Under the pieces are notes generated by a model. That model was not told where the DNA came from. It searched no databases and worked only from the letters and a program-made list of their open reading frames with translations. Below, in pieces: positions 31,903-35,117 of a stretch of 35,117 nucleotides of DNA; within the stretch, counting starts at the first letter, position 1, and each line of letters begins with the position of its first letter. The DNA comes from a virus. The position numbers and the translations under genes were made by a program. The DNA is taken from the IMG/VR virus record IMGVR_UViG_3300027550_000001. One strand, written 5' to 3'.

Positions 31903-32256
31903 ATGAATTTTTCCGAAACCCTACCCGAATTATCGCCTGAGGTCCGCCAATCTATTCTAGCGGCCACCGAATCCATTTTGAAAGAATGGATTGTGGATTT
32001 CGCTACGGTGGATTTCGACGGCGACTTATCTCATGCGGTTGACAAACATACTAGCCATCTTCGCAAATGCGTAGATTCTTTCGAGAGCCAATCGGCGTTC
32101 TTAAAGGCAATGGAAGAATGGATTACGTCCCCGGATTATCCGAAAGATCTGGTAGACTTCAAAACGGCACTAGCTGCTTACGCAAAAAGGGAAATCTCGG
32201 CAGCGCTAGTAAAGAGTTTCGAGGATTTGTTGATGAAGCATCTGTGTAGTAAATAA
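31903..32256 (+). CDS. Hypothetical protein (117 aa from ATG 31903)
   Basis: The ORF-track ATG at 31867 lies inside the predicted -10. The ATG at 31903 has AGGAG 8 nt upstream. Confidence 0.6.
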   Translation: MNFSETLPELSPEVRQSILAATESILKEWIVDFATVDFDGDLSHAVDKHTSHLRKCVDSFESQSAFLKAMEEWITSPDYPKDLVDFKTALAAYAKREISAALVKSFEDLLMKHLCSK

Positions 32257-32274
32257 CCGCCAGCTGGCGGTTAT
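32253..32274 (+). terminator. Perfect 22-nt palindrome at the end of the gene (terminator-like hairpin)
   Basis: ATAACCGCCAG|CTGGCGGTTAT overlaps the TAA stop. The tail is cctttc, only weakly T-rich. Confidence 0.45.
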
Positions 32275-32282
32275 CCTTTCAG

Positions 32283-32320
32283 TTGAGCAGGTTCACCTTT
32301 CAGAAAGTGAATCTGCTCAA
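32283..32320. terminator. Second hairpin between convergent genes
   Basis: TTGAGCAGgTTCAC-ctttcagaaa-GTGAAtCTGCTCAA. There is no U-tract in either direction. Confidence 0.35.
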
Positions 32321-32348
32321 AAGTTCCCTAATTTCCGTAACCGTCTTT

Positions 32349-32936
32349 CTAATGCCGCGTGGTGCTCTTCCTCGCCAAACCAAGGTTTTCTAGAAACCAG
32401 CGTATTAGGGTTTTGGAATCACACTTCCAATATTCATCTGGTTTCACCTCTATAAGCCCAGCGTTGGCTAAGCAATCCAGCGTAGATATGTAGTCCAATT
32501 GGTCGGCTTCGGCCCATGACATGATCCATTTATCATGTCTTACTATATGGTATAGAATATGCCGAAGGACAGGGCAATCCAGCTTAGACATGTCGTCCAA
32601 TTGGTCGGCTTCAGCCCATGACATGATCCATTTATCATGTCTTACTATATGGTATAGAATATGCCGCAAGAATGGCTCTAAATCATAAGTTTGCTCCCCA
32701 CAGTTATCGCGCGCGCCATACGTATTCATGTCGACAAATGCGTTCGATTTCATGTATTCATCGATTAATGGACGTAAGATCATACCCGCTTGCAGGATGC
32801 TTTGAGTGGCGCGCAAGTATTTATCCTTGGTTTTTACATCGAGATATGCCCAACCTGCGAAATCTTTATTAGATAGTGCATAGATTACCATCTCGTCGAG
32901 CGTGTCGTTGGGGGTCATGTTCTGATCTCTCTTCAT
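32349..32936 (-). CDS. W..W..aGLI family protein with an internal 34-aa duplication (about 195 aa; start uncertain: TTG 32951, ATG 32936 or ATG 32918)
   Basis: LRHILYHIVRHDKWIMSWAEADQLD occurs twice. The C-terminus DYISTLDCLANAGLIEVKPDEYWKCDSKTLIRWFLENL aligns with the 1266..1774 paralogs. Confidence 0.7.
   Translation of the reverse strand: MKRDQNMTPNDTLDEMVIYALSNKDFAGWAYLDVKTKDKYLRATQSILQAGMILRPLIDEYMKSNAFVDMNTYGARDNCGEQTYDLEPFLRHILYHIVRHDKWIMSWAEADQLDDMSKLDCPVLRHILYHIVRHDKWIMSWAEADQLDYISTLDCLANAGLIEVKPDEYWKCDSKTLIRWFLENLGLARKSTTRH
32472..32666. repeat. In-frame tandem duplication: two 93-bp copies with a 102-bp period
   Basis: 32472..32564 and 32574..32666 differ at 4 positions (G/T, T/C, A/C, G/A). 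The period is 102 bp, equal to 34 codons. Confidence 0.95.
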
Positions 32937-32987
32937 TAGTTGTCTTCTCAATTGATGGACACATCATATCTGCAAGCTTGCAGGATG

Positions 32988-33440
32988 TCAAGGACATTTT
33001 GCAGATTTTAGCACTACCGAATGCGGATAGCATCCCAGCCATGCGAGGGGAGCCACTCCCTCTTCGGCTGCTAAGGTCTCTGCTATAAATTTGTAAAGGG
33101 CTTTGTTATGTAGGAAATAGGATCTTTCGAGTATGGTATTATATTCTACCATTACTTCCTCCAACGGTAGCTCTTTTAAAGACCATCTAAAATACCTGCA
33201 TTTGTCTATCAATCTATACATCGTAGAGATGATAACGCCGTCCAAAACTTCCTCAACCTCTTCTGAGTATCCGATGGGGTCATCGGGCGCGCGGCGCGCT
33301 GCCGTGAGTTCAACATAGGTATCACTATAGAGTTTTTTTAAAAAGTTAGCTCCTTTGCTTGCGAACTCTTGGTTGGTAAGAGCTGCACTCATGGCTGAGT
33401 GCAGAGTTTCGGAAATTAGGATGTCTTGGCTTTCGTTCAT
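32988..33440 (-). CDS. Hypothetical protein (150 aa)
   Basis: ORF track. 4-nt overlap with the upstream XRE gene. Confidence 0.6.
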   Translation of the reverse strand: MNESQDILISETLHSAMSAALTNQEFASKGANFLKKLYSDTYVELTAARRAPDDPIGYSEEVEEVLDGVIISTMYRLIDKCRYFRWSLKELPLEEVMVEYNTILERSYFLHNKALYKFIAETLAAEEGVAPLAWLGCYPHSVVLKSAKCP

Positions 33441-33661
33441 TGATTCCCGCCGGCGTCCGCCAGATAATCGATTGATACACTAAGCGCAAATGATAGTTTG
33501 CGTAGCGTATGGTATGAAGGAAACCGCTTGTCGTTTTCGTACAGACTAATGGCAGACCGGCTCAGCTTCGCCCTGCGCGCAAGTTCAGCTGAGTTTATAT
33601 TTAGCCGTGATCGCGCATCCTTGATGCGCTGTCCTAAGCCGGTCCTGATTTGTGCCTGCAT
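33437..33661 (-). CDS. XRE-family HTH regulator (74 aa), in an Aca-like position
   Basis: LGQRIKDARSRLNINSAELARRAKLSRSAISLYENDKRFPSYHTLRKLSFALSVSIDYL. It starts immediately after the stop of the upstream small ORF (TAAATG). Confidence 0.8.
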   Translation of the reverse strand: MQAQIRTGLGQRIKDARSRLNINSAELARRAKLSRSAISLYENDKRFPSYHTLRKLSFALSVSIDYLADAGGNQ

Positions 33662-33946
33662 TTAGGGTTCCGTCAATCTGTAGGGTTCAGTCAATCTGTA
33701 GAACAGATCCTCACCGGATATGATCTCACCCAGTATCTCCTTAATAGACTTAAGATCGCGTGGTTTCTTTTTACCTAGCTTTACTAGCTTCTCCGCCAAT
33801 TCTTGCAGGTGGATTTGATCTTCCTTAGTTATGGGATAATGGGTAAGGTGCTTACTAGTTAGATATAAATAAATCTCCTCTGCTATTTCCTCCGAAAACT
33901 CACGGTTGATCTTTCTTGCAACTTTAAGTTCGGAAGCTTTTAACAC
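33662..33946 (-). CDS. Small acidic helical protein (94 aa) with a C-terminal YRLTEP YRLTEP repeat
   Basis: GTG start with AAGGA 8 nt upstream. The 3' end contains an 18-bp tandem repeat (agggttc.gtcaatctgt x2, about 33665..33700). Confidence 0.55.
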   Translation of the reverse strand: MLKASELKVARKINREFSEEIAEEIYLYLTSKHLTHYPITKEDQIHLQELAEKLVKLGKKKPRDLKSIKEILGEIISGEDLFYRLTEPYRLTEP

Positions 33947-33986
33947 GGCTTTGATCCTTTGATTGTTTGTTATGGTTTGGTTCTTC

Positions 33987-34934
33987 TCAAATCGTGAGGG
34001 CGCAAGGTAGCCGAGCCTTGGATTGATCAGCGTGGGTCAGGTCAGCCCCGGTCAGGTCAGCCTCGGTCAGGTCAGCCCCGGTCAGATCAGCCCAGGTCAG
34101 GTCAGCCTCGGTCAGGTCGGCCCCGCTCAGGTCGGCCCCGGCCAGGTAAGCCTTGGTCAGGTCGGCCTTGGTCAGGTCGGCCCAGGCCAGGTAAGCCTTG
34201 GTCAGGTTGGCCTTGGTCAGGTTAGCCCCGGTCAGATCAGCCCAGTTCAGGTCAGCCCCGGTCAGGTCGGCCCCGGTCAAGTCTGCGTTGGTCAAGGTTG
34301 CCTGGGTCAAGTTCGACCAGGCTAGATCCACCCCGAGGCAATTTGCCTCGGTCAAGATTGCCTTGGTGAAGTTCGCTCCGGTCAGGTTGGCCTTGGTGAG
34401 GTTCGCTCCGGTCAGGTTTGCCTCGGCCAAGATCGCCTGGGGCAAAGTCGCCTCGCTCGGGTAAACCTCGATCAAGATCGCCTCGGTCAGGTTTTCCTGG
34501 GCCAGGTTCGCCTCGGTCAGGTAAGCCTCGGTCAAGATCGCCCCGGTCAGGTTTGCCTGGGCCAGGTTCGCCCCGGTCAGGTTTGCCCCGGTCAGGTTTG
34601 CCTGGGCCAGGTTCGCCCCGGTCAGGTTTGCCTGGGCCAGGTTCGCCTCGGTCAGGTCGGCCTTGGTGAGGTTCGCTCCGGTCAGGTCCTTTCCTTTCAG
34701 GTTGCCCCCAGTCAGGAAGGCCCCGGTCAAGTTTGCCCCGGTCAAGGTTGCCTCGGTCAGGTCGGCCCCGGTCAAGTCTGCGTTGGTCAAATCCGCGTTG
34801 GTCAGGTCAGCCCAGGTCATGTGTGCCCAGGGCAGGTCGGCTCCGGTCAGGTCGGCCCAGGTCGGATTCGCCTCGGTCAGATCCTTTCCTTTTAGGCAGG
34901 CGTCTCTGGGCTTGGTCTTGTCGAGTTTTGTCAT
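33987..34934 (-). CDS. Pentapeptide-repeat protein B (PRP-B, 315 aa)
   Basis: ORF track. MTKLDKTKPRDACLKGKDLTEANPTWADLTGADL... continues as nearly uninterrupted A(D/N)LT(G/E/K/Q) pentads. The N-terminus and about 40 nt of 5' UTR are paralogous to PRP-A. Confidence 0.9.
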   Translation of the reverse strand: MTKLDKTKPRDACLKGKDLTEANPTWADLTGADLPWAHMTWADLTNADLTNADLTGADLTEATLTGANLTGAFLTGGNLKGKDLTGANLTKADLTEANLAQANLTGANLAQANLTGANLTGANLAQANLTGAILTEAYLTEANLAQENLTEAILIEVYPSEATLPQAILAEANLTGANLTKANLTGANFTKAILTEANCLGVDLAWSNLTQATLTNADLTGADLTGADLNWADLTGANLTKANLTKAYLAWADLTKADLTKAYLAGADLSGADLTEADLTWADLTGADLTEADLTGADLTHADQSKARLPCALTI

Positions 34935-34970
34935 TTCTTTTCACTCTTTGGTTTCGATTCCGGCTTCCTC

Positions 34971-35117
34971 CTATATCGCCACCCCGGTCCCCCCGGATGG
35001 GGATTCGCCATCCTTTCCCCTTTTTGTCCCTCTCAGGAAAAAGCCGGACGGTAGCTGAGCCTTGGTCAACGCAGCCCCGGTCAGATCCGTGTTTTCAAGG
35101 TTGGCCTTGGTCAGGTC
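34971..35117 (-). CDS. 3' end of PRP-A (34991..35117 duplicates 1..127)
   Basis: Manual minus-strand translation ends ...KDGESPSGGTGVAI* with TAG at 34973..34971, in frame with the ATG at 748 once position 1 is equated with 34991. Confidence 0.8.
   Translation of the reverse strand, partial: DLTKANLENTDLTGAALTKAQLPSGFFLRGTKRGKDGESPSGGTGVAI
34991..35117. repeat. Terminal direct repeat, copy 2 (identical to 1..127)
   Basis: See copy 1. Confidence 0.95.

Noticed and set aside
34023-35058. Plus-strand ORFs 34023..34325, 34198..34464, 34418..34669 and 34663..35058 (GQVS / PRSG / APVR repeats)
   Set aside because: These are antisense or off-frame artefacts of the PRP-B and PRP-A repeats. They have no independent start context and their low-complexity translations simply mirror the repeat.

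Overview
The first 127 nt (1..127) are identical to the last 127 nt (34991..35117). The window is therefore best read as one self-overlapping, circularly closed or terminally redundant dsDNA phage genome of about 34,990 bp. The join falls inside a gene. Genes use Shine-Dalgarno sites and strong sigma70-type promoters (TTGACA-16/18 nt-TAnnnT). Plus strand, 6229..30785: a Cas4-like nuclease, a lysis cassette (3TM holin-like protein, membrane-anchored GH24 lysozyme), an XRE regulator, a block of ORFans, then large terminase, P22-like portal, poly-Glu scaffold and P22-like coat. These are followed by two paralogous capsid-surface proteins, tail and internal-virion proteins in a T7-like order, and a Gly-rich tail fibre. 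Minus strand, 2803..6133: a RuvC-like resolvase, two XRE regulators and a prim-pol/AAA_25 helicase. One tRNA(CAU) lies at 30789..30864 with its own promoter. The most unusual part is the accessory arm that spans the join (31052..34990 plus 1..1795). It holds two tandem, GC-rich pentapeptide-repeat genes with their own promoter, a small ORF plus XRE pair arranged like an Acr-Aca operon, a multi-copy small-protein family (W..W..aGLL motif), gene remnants, and a 102-bp in-frame tandem duplication. I saw no integrase, partition system, reverse transcriptase, CRISPR array, rRNA or transposase. All functional calls rest on motifs I recognised by eye in the ORF translations. No database search was possible.
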